From Octopus sinensis (taxonomy: Eukaryota): DNA of 64,000 bases. A program made the position numbers and the translations under genes. The stretch spans positions 42,780,001 through 42,844,000 of the forward strand of contig NC_043006.1 of assembly GCF_006345805.1 (NCBI RefSeq). Reading direction: 5' to 3'. The notes beneath the pieces are model-generated. The model made no database searches. It saw only the letters and a list, made by a program, of their open reading frames with translations, and had not been told where the DNA came from. Positions 1 through 11,970 of this stretch are shown one piece after another. The stretch's first letter is position 1. Every line of letters begins with the position of its first letter.

Positions 1-280
1 TAAACAGTCACTGCCATACATTTGATCATGCTTAGATAACATAGACACTCACACACACAAACACACACACACACACACATACACTCATACGCACATACAT
101 ACAGACATTCATATATAGATTTATTGGTTAATTTGTTGTTTATGGGGAAAAAAAACCATTCCATGCCTTAACTGAGAACCCAATAGCTTAAGGGCAAAAT
201 ATTTATCTAAGTTATGTAAAAGTGATTGAAGCAGAAGGCCTCTTGTTGCAGTCACTTTTAATATCACTTATATGCATATA

Positions 281-311
<31 letters not shown>

Positions 312-369
312 TTATATACAACACATTCACATAACACACACATACATATACATGTATGTGTTAAACATG

Positions 370-401
<32 letters not shown>

Positions 402-414
402 TATATATACATGT

Positions 415-448
<34 letters not shown>

Positions 449-449
449 T

Positions 450-544
450 ACCCAAGTATGCAGTATTGTAGATCCACTTCAAGTATTAGATAACCAGATA
501 TTAGATAACTGGTCAGCTATCTAAACCAAGTGCTCTTCAGAGAT
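450..544 (-). ncRNA. Decayed hammerhead ribozyme remnant (5' core plus long stem II; GAAA half lost)
   Basis: Minus strand ATCT-CTGAAGA-GCACTT...AAGTG with inner arms TTAGA/TCTAA and TGACCAG/CTGGTTA; no GAAA follows; lies 3' of the PLE ORF end at 945-1125. Confidence 0.45.
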
Positions 545-944
545 GTTGGGTACAGAAAAAATATAGTTATTGCTCTCTGATTATTGGAGATTATAAATAT
601 CACATCTGGTTTGTGGGTGCTATAAAAAAATGAAATGAAGTTGTAGGAGACAAGTTTGTAAAGGATATATCAAGAATTAAGTCTTTTGGCTCCAAAGTAT
701 ATGAGTTAGCTGTAAAGCAGCAAAAGCTTGGACACTGAAAATATGAACATGGAGGTTTAAGGGGTAGGTATATATGTTGAGAGTTCAGGGAAGATTCAGT
801 GGGTGTTGAAGCCTATGTTTGGGCACCTATGTTTGTGCATGTGTTCATGTGTGAATGGTTTGCTGGGTTTTCAGGATATGATAGTGGGAGGGATGATGGT
901 GAATAATGTAATGATTATGGTCATGGTGAGCCCTTAGGTAAGAA

Positions 945-1125
945 AGTATATATCTTCTCCCATGTGGGCACAGGCCTAAAATCTCATTCTTGTAATTTAG
1001 GTAGATGTCCAGATGATGAGAATTTTTTAATATGATTCTTTACTTGGTTAAATATAATCTGAATTTTCTGCTGCTGTTACAATAACGCTTGCCTCTTCTC
1101 AAAGATTTTCCACCTGATGTAACCC
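945..1125 (-). mobile_element. Penelope-like element, C-terminus of GIY-YIG endonuclease region (decayed)
   Basis: Minus-strand translation across a frameshift: YIRWKIFEKRQ / RYCNSSRKFRLYLTK*RIIL...YLNYKNEILGLCPHGRRYILS, matching the PLE pattern WkIl...CxLCLxEK...LNxRxE...CxHxxKYLL. Confidence 0.7.
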
Positions 1126-1679
1126 ATGGTACTTTCCCTTAATGACTAAGCATGTCTAGCCATGACTGTGATTTGCTTGTCTTAGATATTGAAGGAGTAC
1201 TTATGGCTGTTGCATCTGATCCTGAAAGGATACTCAGTTGTGCCCACATACCTCTACACATCTGAATGTCCATTGGAGCCTTTGACTGTCTCTGTGTTGC
1301 AGTATCTTCTAAGATGACATCTGATGTTGCCTCTGCATGCCTCCTGACTTCTACAGAGTTTCTGTCTACAAAACTTCCTCACAAGGCACTGGTTGGCCCA
1401 GAGCCATGTGGCCCTAGGTGCCACATAGTGGGACAGAAACTGTAATTACATGGTTGCAAAGCAAGCTGTTTAACCACACAATCATGCTTGCACCTGTTCA
1501 TACATTTTGAAATATGCCTTTCATTCAAGGCCAATAAAATTAAATACCAGTCATATATTGTAGTCAATAATGTGGACCGGAGTTTCTCAACAATTTTTTA
1601 CCTAAGGGACCCTTTCATTACTATTTTACCCATATATTGTTGGCATCCTTTTGTCTTAGGAGACAATTGAGTTGCACAT

Positions 1680-2013
1680 AAAATAATCCAGTCTGATTTT
1701 TACATTTCATGTCCTTTACATCTCCTGCTGTGGCTGTGTAGTCCTATCCTGGACAAACACTCCCTCTGGCAGGTGATGCAGATGTAGCGAAGACTTTTGC
1801 CTGGCTGGTTGTGATGTCATGGTTTCTTGCTGTTGTCTTTTTTTGTCTTTCCATTTCTCTTCTCTCCATCTGTCACTCCTTTGTGTTCCCTCTTCTATGG
1901 TGCATTACCAATCTCCATGGTTGCTGGCAACCGCTTCTCAGTTGCTAATATTGATGTTGCAGACCTTCATATCCCATTTGCAGACATCTTTGTATCGTAA
2001 GAATGGTCTTCCA
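1680..2013 (-). mobile_element. RTE-clade LINE 3' end (decayed ORF2 C-terminus)
   Basis: VGRPFLRYKDVCKWDMKVCNI...YICITCQRECLSRIGLHSHSRRCKGH*: GRPxLRYKDVCK motif plus terminal C2H2-like finger typical of RTE-BovB-like elements. Confidence 0.85.
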
Positions 2014-2135
2014 ACTTGTGTAAGAGGTTTATTGCTACACAATAGCTTTTTATGCCGTAAATGTAAGAAGTCTATTGCCTCCTTAATGTGTTATTGTGTA
2101 AGAGGTTTGTACCCTCATATGTTTTATAAGGAACA
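2014..2135 (+). mobile_element. L1/Tx1-like 3' tail fragment inserted in the RTE copy
   Basis: tgtaagaagtctattgcctcctt...tgtaagaggtttgtaccctcatatgttt resembles the 3' end of the element at 24615-24696. Confidence 0.5.
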
Positions 2136-2224
2136 ATATGCTTGGGTAAACAGCAATCGGTGGGCATTGCTGTTACCCTTATTATTATCATATCGTCAAT
2201 CATTTCATCTCATTATGTCCTTGT

Positions 2225-2340
2225 CCAACCCAATCTTGCCATTTGATGCCAAGGATTTTCCCGAGCCAGTGCAGGTGAAAGATATTTAGGTGACACACCT
2301 GGCATGCATATGGCATCCTGGTCTCACTGCCATACAGTAG
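2225..2340 (-). mobile_element. RTE-clade LINE fragment (post-RT region)
   Basis: LYGSETRMPYACQVCHLNIFHLHWLGKILGIKWQDWV matches RTE LYGSETW...FHLRCLRRILGIKWQD. Confidence 0.8.
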
Positions 2341-2394
2341 GGTCACCCAAATGGACCCTTATAATCACTTGATGTTTAACTCTTTAGTTGTAAG

Positions 2395-2860
2395 ATAATT
2401 GTTTCTTATTTCTTTACTGCCCACAAGGGGCTACACACAGAGGGAACAAACAAGGACAGACAAACGGATTAAGTCGATTATATCGATCCCAGTGCGTGAC
2501 TAGTACTTATTAAATCAACCCCGAAAGGATGAAAGGCAAAGTCAACCTCGGCGGAATTTGAACTCAGAACGTAAAGACAGACAAAATACCTCTAAGCATT
2601 TCACCCAGCGTGCTAACTTTTCTGCTAGCTTGCTGTCTTCATCTTACTTTATATTCTTTTCTGCTCTAGGCACAAGGCCTGAAATTTTTGGGGAGGGTGC
2701 CAGTTGATTAGATCGATTCCAGTATGCAACTGGTACTTATTTAATCAACCCCGAAAGGATGAAAGGCAAAGTCGACCTCAGCAGAATTTGAACTCAGAAC
2801 GTAAAGACAGACGAAATACTGCTAAGCATTTCGCCCGGCGTGCTAACGTTTCAGCCAGCA
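2395..2860 (-). mobile_element. Two tandem copies of SINE family B (tRNA-like head; gtcgactttgcctttcatcctttcggggtcgataaa core)
   Basis: Copies at about 2395-2639 and 2653-2860 share the family core seen more than 15 times in the window; the core resembles the MetaSINE central domain (inference). Confidence 0.85.
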
Positions 2861-3283
2861 AATGTAATGATCATTGATTCACATTCTTTTGAATTAATCA
2901 TGCATTATCTCATATTTGTAAGATTTCGATCATGAGGTTGTTTAATGTAGTGAGAGGTTGGATCTGGTTAGTTTGAATATAAAACAGATGGAATATTTTG
3001 GCCGGATATGGCCAGTTTAATTGCTAAGGAGTAAAAAAATCCTATTTTTTATTATTAAATATTATTAGAAATTGTATAAGGAAATTGTTAAAAAATTTTC
3101 AGCATTGTAGAAGTATATAACCAGTTAATTGGACACAAATTTTAAGACCAAAATCTTTCATGGACTCCTAAGGGTCATGTGGATCCTGGTCAAAAACCAC
3201 TGATGTACACTGACCCCTTCCATCAATTTGCTGGCCCTATTAGAAATCATTATTTATACACTATGGTCTTCTTTATTGTGTTC

Positions 3284-3369
3284 TTATACTGGACTGTAAT
3301 AATAAATCTCCAGGAGTGAACAGCTTAAATATTGGGTATTGGTAATGCTTCCGCACTGTTCATATAGAT

Positions 3370-3402
<33 letters not shown>

Positions 3403-3422
3403 ATATATATATATATACATGG

Positions 3423-3453
<31 letters not shown>

Positions 3454-3536
3454 AAATATATATAATGTATATATATACAATATATATATGTAAATATATA
3501 TATATATACACACACATGTATACATATGTATAGTTA

Positions 3537-3595
<59 letters not shown>

Positions 3596-3643
3596 ATATG
3601 TGTGTGTGTGTATGATATATATATATACATATACATATATATA

Positions 3644-3676
<33 letters not shown>

Positions 3677-3840
3677 AACACATATATACATATGTGCATA
3701 TATATATATATATATATATGTAATAATATATATACATATATGTATACGCACACACACAGACACACATATATACATGTATGTGTGTGTCTATGAACACAGG
3801 CAGACACTCAACATACCTATAATTCACATACACATACACA
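3284..3840. repeat. Compound (TA)n/(CA)n/(TC)n microsatellite
   Basis: Direct reading. Confidence 0.95.
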
Positions 3841-3929
3841 CATACGTCTCTTGTATGACATGGAGAATGTAATAACTAGCTAGTTTATAATGTATGGTAT
3901 TCATTTTAGTCTGGTTATTCACCTCTAGG

Positions 3930-4330
3930 AGATATAGTCTACCCAAGAATGTCGATGTTTCCTCAATAAACTATTTTCTGCAGCATTTTAGCCTGAGAGA
4001 TGTTCTTCTTCTTCTTCTAGGATATTATTTACTGCTCCATTTATTTTGTCATTATTCTAAGAACTGTCGAAATAAGTAGAGCCATTGTTATGTCCTTACT
4101 CTAGATTATTGCTGTTACTATATATAGATCTTAATACTTACATCGTTTATTGGACTCTTTGATTGGAATGTTTCTCTCCACTGGACATGATATATCAATT
4201 AAACTATGTTTCATTTTTATGGTTTTTCTACAACTATATCCGGTCATCTGGCAAATATTCTCCTGTTCTTGTGCAGCACCATGACATAGCATGAGCTTTC
4301 CAATTTTCTCTTGCAATTTTTTAAAGCATT
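3930..4330 (-). mobile_element. Non-LTR retrotransposon fragment with restriction-like endonuclease (R2/R4/NeSL superfamily)
   Basis: LIDISCPVERNIPIKESNKRCKY*DL matches the PD-(D/E)xK RLE motif LIDxxxPxxxNxxxKExxKxxKYxDL. Confidence 0.7.
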
Positions 4331-4691
4331 ACACCAATTTCCATTGGTCACGATTGTGTAAAAATAATTAAATGAAAGTAATAAATATTAAATAATAAAT
4401 AATAAATAAAAAAAAACAGCCTATATGAAACTGTCTGTTTTCTCTCTGCTAATAAATTAGGATAATATTTAGAAAGAGTGTATAGTTAAGTGCAGGCTAA
4501 TATACTTGAGATTAAAACATAATATTTTCACTTAATTAAAATCACAGCTGCAATAAAAAGTGAAATTATTAGTGTTAATGATAAATCTTGTAAACGATAG
4601 CAGGGAGACAAATGAGAAATCCAAATTGGTTAAAATTTGAATGTATATATGCAGTGGTGAGTGGGTTTGATTTTTAATTAGTATGATAGCA

Positions 4692-4728
4692 TTGGTCGTG
4701 TTTCAGCCTTAACAAACCTCTTCAGCAA
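4692..4728 (-). ncRNA. Minimal type I hammerhead motif, one core substitution
   Basis: TTG-CTGAAGA-GGTTT(GTTA)AGGCT-GAAA-C-AC-G-AC-CAA; U16.1 replaced by A; stem I TTG/CAA. Confidence 0.6.
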
Positions 4729-4794
4729 AACATATCCTTACACAGTTTGGCAATATTATAAGTTAAAGGTGGAAGGTGAGAGAAAAGTAAAATG

Positions 4795-4950
4795 AATGAA
4801 TGGAGTGGTTGTCGTTAGGAAGAGCATCCAGCTGTAGAAACACTGCCAGATCAGACTGGAGCCTGGTGCAACCTCCTGGCTTCCCAGACCTGGTTGAACC
4901 GTCCAATCCATGCCAGCATGGAAAACGGACGTTAAACGATGATGATGAGA
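4795..4950 (+). mobile_element. SINE family C 3' part (ggagtggttggcgttaggaagggcatccagc...gacgttaaacgatgatgat; RTE-like tail)
   Basis: Shared with more than 12 copies in the window; (GAT)n tail. Confidence 0.85.
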
Positions 4951-5074
4951 GGAGGAGGAGGAGGAATTGTAAAACAAAATCACCAGCGTTGGACTATACA
5001 TAATATATGAGACTTCCTTAAGAAAACTTGATTTGTTTAAGGGATCAGTTAAAATATTTAGAGACTAAATATTA

Positions 5075-5290
5075 TGTCATCATCATCATCTTTTAACATC
5101 TGCCATCCATGCTGGCATGAGTCAAAGGGATTAACAGGATCTGATAATTCTCCAATGTCTACTTTGGCATGGTTTCTATGGCTAGATGCCATTTTTATTG
5201 CCAACCATTTTACAGAGAGTAGAGCTGGCATCTTTGCTTTTATCTTTTGCCACAAGCACCAGTGATGTTGCCATGTAGCTAGCAAGACTA
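5075..5290 (-). mobile_element. SINE family C, diverged
   Basis: (CAT)n tail plus tttaacatc...ccatgctggcatg...gccaaccatttt. Confidence 0.7.
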
Positions 5291-5519
5291 AGACCTATTT
5301 TGACTGAATGGGTCAACAATAGAGATAGAAACAGCTTTATGCTGGGAGATGAAAGATTAAAGTATGAAAGAAGGAGCCAGAAATGAACAGGTTTTGTGCT
5401 GCATAGGAGCTACATGGCTACTTAAATTAGAGAAGTGTGGGTAAGATTAACCAGGCTAGAGCTGGAAAGAGACAAAATAGTAGTGATGAGTTGTCAAGGT
5501 AGATTGTCAAGGCATGAAA

Positions 5520-5810
<291 letters not shown>

Positions 5811-6267
5811 AGGTGGACAATCAGCATCACCACCAAGCTTTAGTTGACTGAACTTGAGGTGAATGACTGATGCAACAGTTTAATTTTTTTTTTCTGGCTT
5901 CAGTCATATCTACTTTGATATTTTCTTCTCTTCAATTTAACAAATATATTGATTTTTTTTCTTTTAATTTACTGATTAGCTAATTTACCTTTTTGATACG
6001 AGAGCATTCTTTTATGAACAGTGCTGTGTTATATTACAACACATCAACACAGACTTAGACACTAATTCATCCATACATCGTACACAAGCTCACACATATA
6101 CACACATGCACGCGATCACATAAACACACACACACACAAAACGAACTCCTACTTAAATTCTGTCAACCAAATATTGCTCATAACTCAAGACTATAATAGA
6201 AGACATTTGCCCTTGGTGACATTCAGTGGGATTAAACCCTCCTATTACATTCATTGTAGTGTGTGTG

Positions 6268-6302
<35 letters not shown>

Positions 6303-6646
6303 GCGTGCGCACACACGCCTCTATGTGTGTGTTTGTATGTGTGTGTGTGGCATTTTTCAAATTTAATAATACTTGGGGGTCACCATTTCTCATGAGATTA
6401 TTATACCTGTTGGATTTTACGTTCTCAACTATTCTTAAAGAGCAAACACCATGAAGAAAATTCATGCAGGATTCTCAATTATAGTCTCTAACTGGAAGAA
6501 GCCTCTAGAAGACTCTTAAGTCAGTCAATTAAAATGGTTCAAATATTGGGTTGATACATACGTGATGAGCAAATGTTCAGAACTGCATCAAGTTGATAGT
6601 TTCAATGCTGTTCTGACCATATTCTTTGTTTAATAAGATATTTCTT

Positions 6647-7288
6647 AAAGGCATCAAGCTGATGGAAGCATTAGCACACTGGGCGAAATGCTTAGCTGTA
6701 TTTCATTTGTCTTTATGCTCTGAGTTCAAATTCCACCAAGGTCGACTTTGCCTTTCATCCTTTTAGGGTCGATAAATTAAGTACCAGTTGTATACTGGGA
6801 TCGATCTAATTGATTGACCCCCTTCCAAAAAATTTCGGGCCTTGTGCCTAGAGTAGAAAAGATTCTTAAAGGCGGCATGCTGGCAGAGCTGTTAGCACAC
6901 CAGGCAAAATGCTTAGCGGTATTTCATCTGTCTTTTCATTCTGAGTTCAAACTCTGCTGAGGTCAACTTTGCCTTCCATCTTTTTTGGGTCGGTAAATTA
7001 AGTACCAGTTGCATACTGGGGAAGATCTAATCAACTGGCCCACTCCCCAAAAATTTCGGACCCTGTTTCTAAAGTAGAAAATATTCTTAAAGGTGGTGAG
7101 CTGTTAGAGTTGTTAGTGTGCCAGCTGAAATGCTCAGCAATATTTCATCTGTCTTTACATTCTAAGTTCAAATTCCGCTGAGGTCGACTTTGCCTTCAAT
7201 CATTAAGTACCAGTTGTGTACTTGGTCGATCTAATCGACTGGCTCCTCTCCAAAATTTTCAGGCCTTGTTCCTAGAGTAGAAAAGAAT
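6647..7288 (+). mobile_element. Head-to-tail trimer of SINE family B
   Basis: Three units of about 200-220 bp (6647-6864, 6867-7086, 7089-7288), each preceded by ttcttaaagg. Confidence 0.9.
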
Positions 7289-7657
7289 AAGGTATTTCGT
7301 AATAACTTCACAATTCTTATACACCTATGCTATTCTGATTTTGATAGCCATTACTCATTTTACCAAATGTCAACTCAGTAATGTATTTGATATGCATATG
7401 TGTGTGCATATGCACTTGTTCTAAATTAATTTTTCATTAATATCAATTATTATTTATTTCTCAATTGGTTAACAATTTAACTGTTATTGGCTTAATGACA
7501 AAATATGTTTCAACTCGTAAGTTTGCATCAAGAATGTTGCAAATCACAAATGAAAGCAAAGTATTCTTTTACCTTCCATCTAATTACTATGACTAACCCA
7601 GTTTCCTTATTAAAAGACTTTCAATTGGTAATGAATTTAATATTATATATATATATA

Positions 7658-8040
7658 TGGAAGCACTCCGTCGGTTACGACGACGAGGGTTCCAGTTGAT
7701 CCGATCAACGGAACAGCCTGCTCGTGAAATTAACGTGTAAGTGGTTGAGCACTCCACAGACACGTGTACCCTTAACGTAGTTCTCGGGGATATTCAGCGT
7801 GACACAGAGAGTGACAAGGCCGGCCCTTTTGAAATACAGGTACAACAGAAACAGGAAGTAAGAGTGAGAGAAAGTTGTGGTGAAAGAGTACAGCAGGGTT
7901 CACCACCATCTCCTGCCAGAGCCTCGTGGAGGTTTAGGTGTTTTCGCTGAATAAACACTCACAACGCCCGGTCTGGGAAACGAAACCGCGATCCTATGAC
8001 CGCGAGTCCGCTGCCCTAACCACTGGGCCATTGCGCCTCC
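7658..8040 (-). mobile_element. SINE family D (tRNA head ggaggcgcaatggcccagtggttagggcagcgg)
   Basis: A-box TGGCCCAGTGG and B-box-like GGTTTCGTTTCC on the minus strand; further copies at 8431, 31690 and 52720. Confidence 0.9.
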
Positions 8041-8044
8041 ACAT

Positions 8045-8382
8045 GAAGGCGCATGGCTCAGTGGTTAGAGCGTCGAGCTTACGATCGTGAGGTTGTGAGC
8101 TCGAATCCCGGACCGGGCTGCGTGTTGTGTTCTTGAGCAAAGCACTTTATTTCACGTTGCTCCAGTTTACTCAGCTGTAGATATGAGTTGCGACGTCACT
8201 GGTGCCAAACTGTATCGACCTTTGTCTTTCCCTTGGATAACACTGGTGGCGCGGAGAGGGGAGGCTGGTATGCATGGGCGACTGCTGGTCTTCCATAAAC
8301 AACCTTGCCCGGACTTGTGTCTAGGAGGGTAACTTTCTAGGTGCAATCCCATGGTCATTCATGACCGAAGGGGGTCTTTACC

Positions 8383-8387
<5 letters not shown>
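8045..8387 (+). mobile_element. SINE family E (tRNA head; gtgttgtgttcttgagcaaagcact...cactcagctg core)
   Basis: A-box TGGCTCAGTGG, B-box-like GCTCGAATCCC; core shared with 18463-18993. Confidence 0.9.
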
Positions 8388-8420
<33 letters not shown>

Positions 8421-9155
8421 TATATATATATGGAAGCACTCCGTCGGTTACAACGACGAGGGTTCCAGTTGATCCGATCGACGGAACAGCCTGCTCGTGA
8501 AATTAACGTGTAAGTGGTTGAGCACTCCACAGACACGTGTACCCTTAACGTAGTTCTCGGGGATATTCAGCGTGACACAGAGAGTGACAAGGCCGGCCCT
8601 TTTGAAATACAGGTACAACAGAAACAGGAAGTAAGAGTGAGAGAAAGTTGTGGTGAAAGAGTACAGCAGGGTTCACCACCATCTCCTGCCAGAGCCTCGT
8701 GGAGGTTTAGGTGTTTTCGCTGAATAAACACTCACAACGCCCGGTCTGGGAAACGAAACCGCGATCCTATGACCGCGAGTCCGCTGCCCTAACCACTGGG
8801 CCATTGCGCCTCCACATGAAGGCGCATGGCTCAGTGGTTAGAGCGTCGAGCTTACGATCGTGAGGTTGTGAGCTTGAATCCCGGACCGGGCTGCGTGTTG
8901 TGTTCTTGAGCAAAGCACTTTATTTCACGTTGCTCCAGTTTACTCAGCTGTAGATATGAGTTGCGACGTCACTGGTGCCAAACTGTATCGACCTTTGTCT
9001 TTCCCTTGGATAACACTGGTGGCGCGGAGAGGGGAGGCTGGTATGCATGGGCGACTGCTGGTCTTCCATAAACAACCTTGCCCGGACTTGTGTCTAGGAG
9101 GGTAACTTTCTAGGTGCAATCCCATGGTCATTCATGACCGAAGGGGGTCTTTACC

Positions 9156-9197
<42 letters not shown>

Positions 9198-9295
9198 GTA
9201 ATGGTATGACAACAAAAGAATGAATGAGACCTCAATATTATGTAAATAGAGGAATTTATCTGTAATATAATATGTGACAATTATTCAGTTACCAT

Positions 9296-9356
9296 AATAA
9301 AACTCTGAGTTTCAGATGTTGGGGTGGAAATCTGCTCCGGCATCTTGTCAGTTATT
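9296..9356 (-). ncRNA. Minimal hammerhead motif with one core base missing
   Basis: AATAA-CTGACA-AGATG...CATCT-GAAA-CTC-A-GAG-TT-TTATT; 5-bp stem I, 5-bp stem II base, G8 absent. Confidence 0.55.
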
Positions 9357-9450
9357 AAGACAATCAATATTAGAGGAAAAATCAAAACCAAGGCAGAATG
9401 AGTGTCTCAAGTCATTTAGAATAATTTAATTAGGGTAAGGTGAATTTGAA

Positions 9451-9526
9451 GTCTTACAACCGTTTCTCAGGTAACCCAAGTGGTTGGTTAGCATGTCCAT
9501 GCACTGGGTATTCCATCATCAGAGAC
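9451..9526 (-). ncRNA. Type I hammerhead ribozyme motif, core intact
   Basis: GTCT-CTGATGA-[49-nt stem II with TACCCAGTG/CACTTGGGTTA]-GAAA-C-GGTT-G-TA-AGAC; stem II base irregular. Confidence 0.7.
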
Positions 9527-9979
9527 AAGGTATGAATATTTTAGATGGGGAAAATTTATAGAAGTAAATATGAAATGAAAAAGGTTGAAAAACCATAAAA
9601 TGAAAAAGAAAACATAAAGAAGCAAAAGGGGTGGGGGATTAGAGTTATTTCCCCTTAAACTGTAAAATATAAGGTTGAAGAGATAGTTTCGAATTTATAA
9701 TACAGTTGTTCAATCCAGAGAGAGTTCCAGTTTTTCTACCTTCCACCTTCTATATCCTACTTCTTTCTCACCTTTTCTTGATTTTTTCTTTCATGCTATC
9801 ATCCCATGTTTAGTTTATTCTACAATGTGGGCAGTGCTTGAAGATTATGCTAGGACATCAGACACGTTAAAAAATACTGTCTGGCATGTTCTCAGCACAT
9901 GAAACTAATAGTAGCACATAAAAACATACATTGTGTTTATTAATTGATATATATATATATACATATATGCATGTAATGT

Positions 9980-10016
<37 letters not shown>

Positions 10017-10021
<5 letters not shown>

Positions 10022-10395
10022 ATATAAACGGCAGTTTGTCTGTGCGTTTTCTGTGTGTCTGTTTTCTCGTACCCTCACTCTGACCACGGCTTTCAACCGA
10101 TTCTGATGAAACTTGACACACACATAGCCCAATGTCATAGTTCAAAACTAACGCAGCGAAAATTTTGAGAAGTTCCTCCAGTTCTGAAAAAAATCGATAA
10201 ATTCGACATGGGGTCGAGAATCAGAAACCCAAACCACAGGGTTTCTAGGGGACGCAACTCCACCTTTTTAACTCTCAAAAAAAATTTACCATCATTTTTT
10301 TTCCATTTTTTTGCTATTTTTTGGCTATAACTCTCTAAAAATGCTTTATAGTTATTTCCCTTACAAACCTGAGCAACGCCGGGCGATACTGCTAG
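10017..10395 (+). mobile_element. Non-autonomous Helitron-like element
   Basis: 5' TC...tatataaa start after A, subterminal hairpin cctgagcaacgccggg, 3' CTAG followed by T (A^T insertion site). Confidence 0.75.
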
Positions 10396-10440
10396 TATAC
10401 ATATATATATACATGTAATGTATACATAGATATATGTATG

Positions 10441-10740
10441 TATCATTATCATCATTTAACGTCTGCTATCAATGCTGGCATGGGCTGGATGGTTTGACAG
10501 GAGCTGGCTATGCAGACTGCACCATGCTTCACTATCAGTTTTGGCATCGTTTTTACAACTGGATACCCTTCATAACTCCAACCACTCTGCAGAGTGGACC
10601 GAGTGCATTTTGCATGGCACCAGCACAGGTGAGGTCAGTTTTGACATGGCTTTTTTTTTACAGGTGGATGTCCTTCCAAATCCCAACCATTTTACAGTGT
10701 GGAGTGAATGCTTTTTACATTCCAGTAATCTATTTGACAG
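10441..10740 (-). mobile_element. SINE family C
   Basis: (CAT)n tail, tttaacgtc...gctggcatggg, ggatgtccttccaaatcccaacca. Confidence 0.8.
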
Positions 10741-11111
10741 TGGCAGGGATGGGTAAGGGCCCTCCCAGGTCATATAGAAAGTGCCAGAGAAGGTTCACAT
10801 GTCCAGAACCTGCCCAAGGGCAGATCCCCACCACTATGCACATTATTGTTTGTTTTTATGTTCAGTTATAATAAAAACATTTTTACATTAATCTGATGGG
10901 TTACTCTATACTTTTGTAGAGTAGAAATTTATTATTCTTATAAAAAGAATGTTATTGATAGTGGCTTCTAAGTTTTGGCCAAAACTTCGAAATCACTGTC
11001 TATAATATTCTTGTTTCAGAATAATTTACATACATACATACATACACATATATACATATATCTTTTACTGCTTTTATTCTTTTACTCATTTCAGCCATAC
11101 AGCTGTGGTCA

Positions 11112-11290
11112 TGCTGGAGCACTACCATGGTCTTTCTGACTTCCTCAGTCTGGGTATTTCACATGACCACTCCTGTATGTGCCGTTTTCCCAGCTGTTGG
11201 TACATTTGAATTATAATTGAGTTTGATTCCGCAGCCCTCATCAGTACCTCGTGTCGGGCTGTTGGTTCATCAAGCATTGTGAAGAGGAAG
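11112..11290 (-). mobile_element. CR1-group LINE 3' end fragment
   Basis: [21 protein letters not shown], similar to LDEPTSQQETQRRAVPSNEL at 29300-29360. Confidence 0.6.
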
Positions 11291-11322
<32 letters not shown>

Positions 11323-11397
11323 ATGTGTGTGTGTATGGGTGTATATATATATATGTATGTATATATATATATATAGATATAGATATATATACATATA

Positions 11398-11436
<39 letters not shown>

Positions 11437-11789
11437 TATATATATGTATGTATATATGTGTGTGTGAGTATATATATATATATACATAGGTATATATATA
11501 TGCATACATATATACATATATACACACACATACACACACACACACACACACATGTACTTGGACATGAGTTATATATGTACGTGTGCATCTATACATGTGT
11601 GCTTTTACTGTATAGTATGTAAAGACACATGGAAAATTGTAACATAAAACTAAGACTACTTATATTAACTCAGCTATTATTAAAGACTAGATTTCTTGCT
11701 TTCTTTTTTTTTTTGGTTTTGTTTAGATTTCTTTATGTTGAAATACAACTTCACTTCTGAAGAAATTTGTCGTTAAAATCATCGATTAT

Positions 11790-11889
11790 TATTTTTACTA
11801 TCATTATTATTGTTATTGTTATTATTATTATTATTACTATAGCTATTATTATTTTCATCATCATCATTGTCATCACAATCACCACCACC

Positions 11890-11923
<34 letters not shown>

Positions 11924-11970
11924 TCATTATTGCCCACTTTATTATTACTAATATTGCTATTATTATTGTT
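11790..11970. repeat. Compound (ATT)n/(ACC)n/(ATC)n trinucleotide repeat
   Basis: Direct reading. Confidence 0.95.

Larger units (their letters stand above)
7658..9160. repeat. Tandem duplication, period 773 bp, of a head-to-head SINE D/E pair
   Basis: 7658-8387 repeated at 8431-9160, separated by (TA)n; identical ORF translations offset by 773. Confidence 0.97.

Noticed and set aside
8045-8115. tRNA-like sequences at SINE heads (also 14001-14070 and family A and D heads)
   Set aside because: A and B boxes are present, but there is no complete cloverleaf or acceptor stem, and each continues into a SINE body.
11250-11270. CTGATGA on the minus strand
   Set aside because: It lies within the CR1-like coding remnant; no stem II or GAAA follows.
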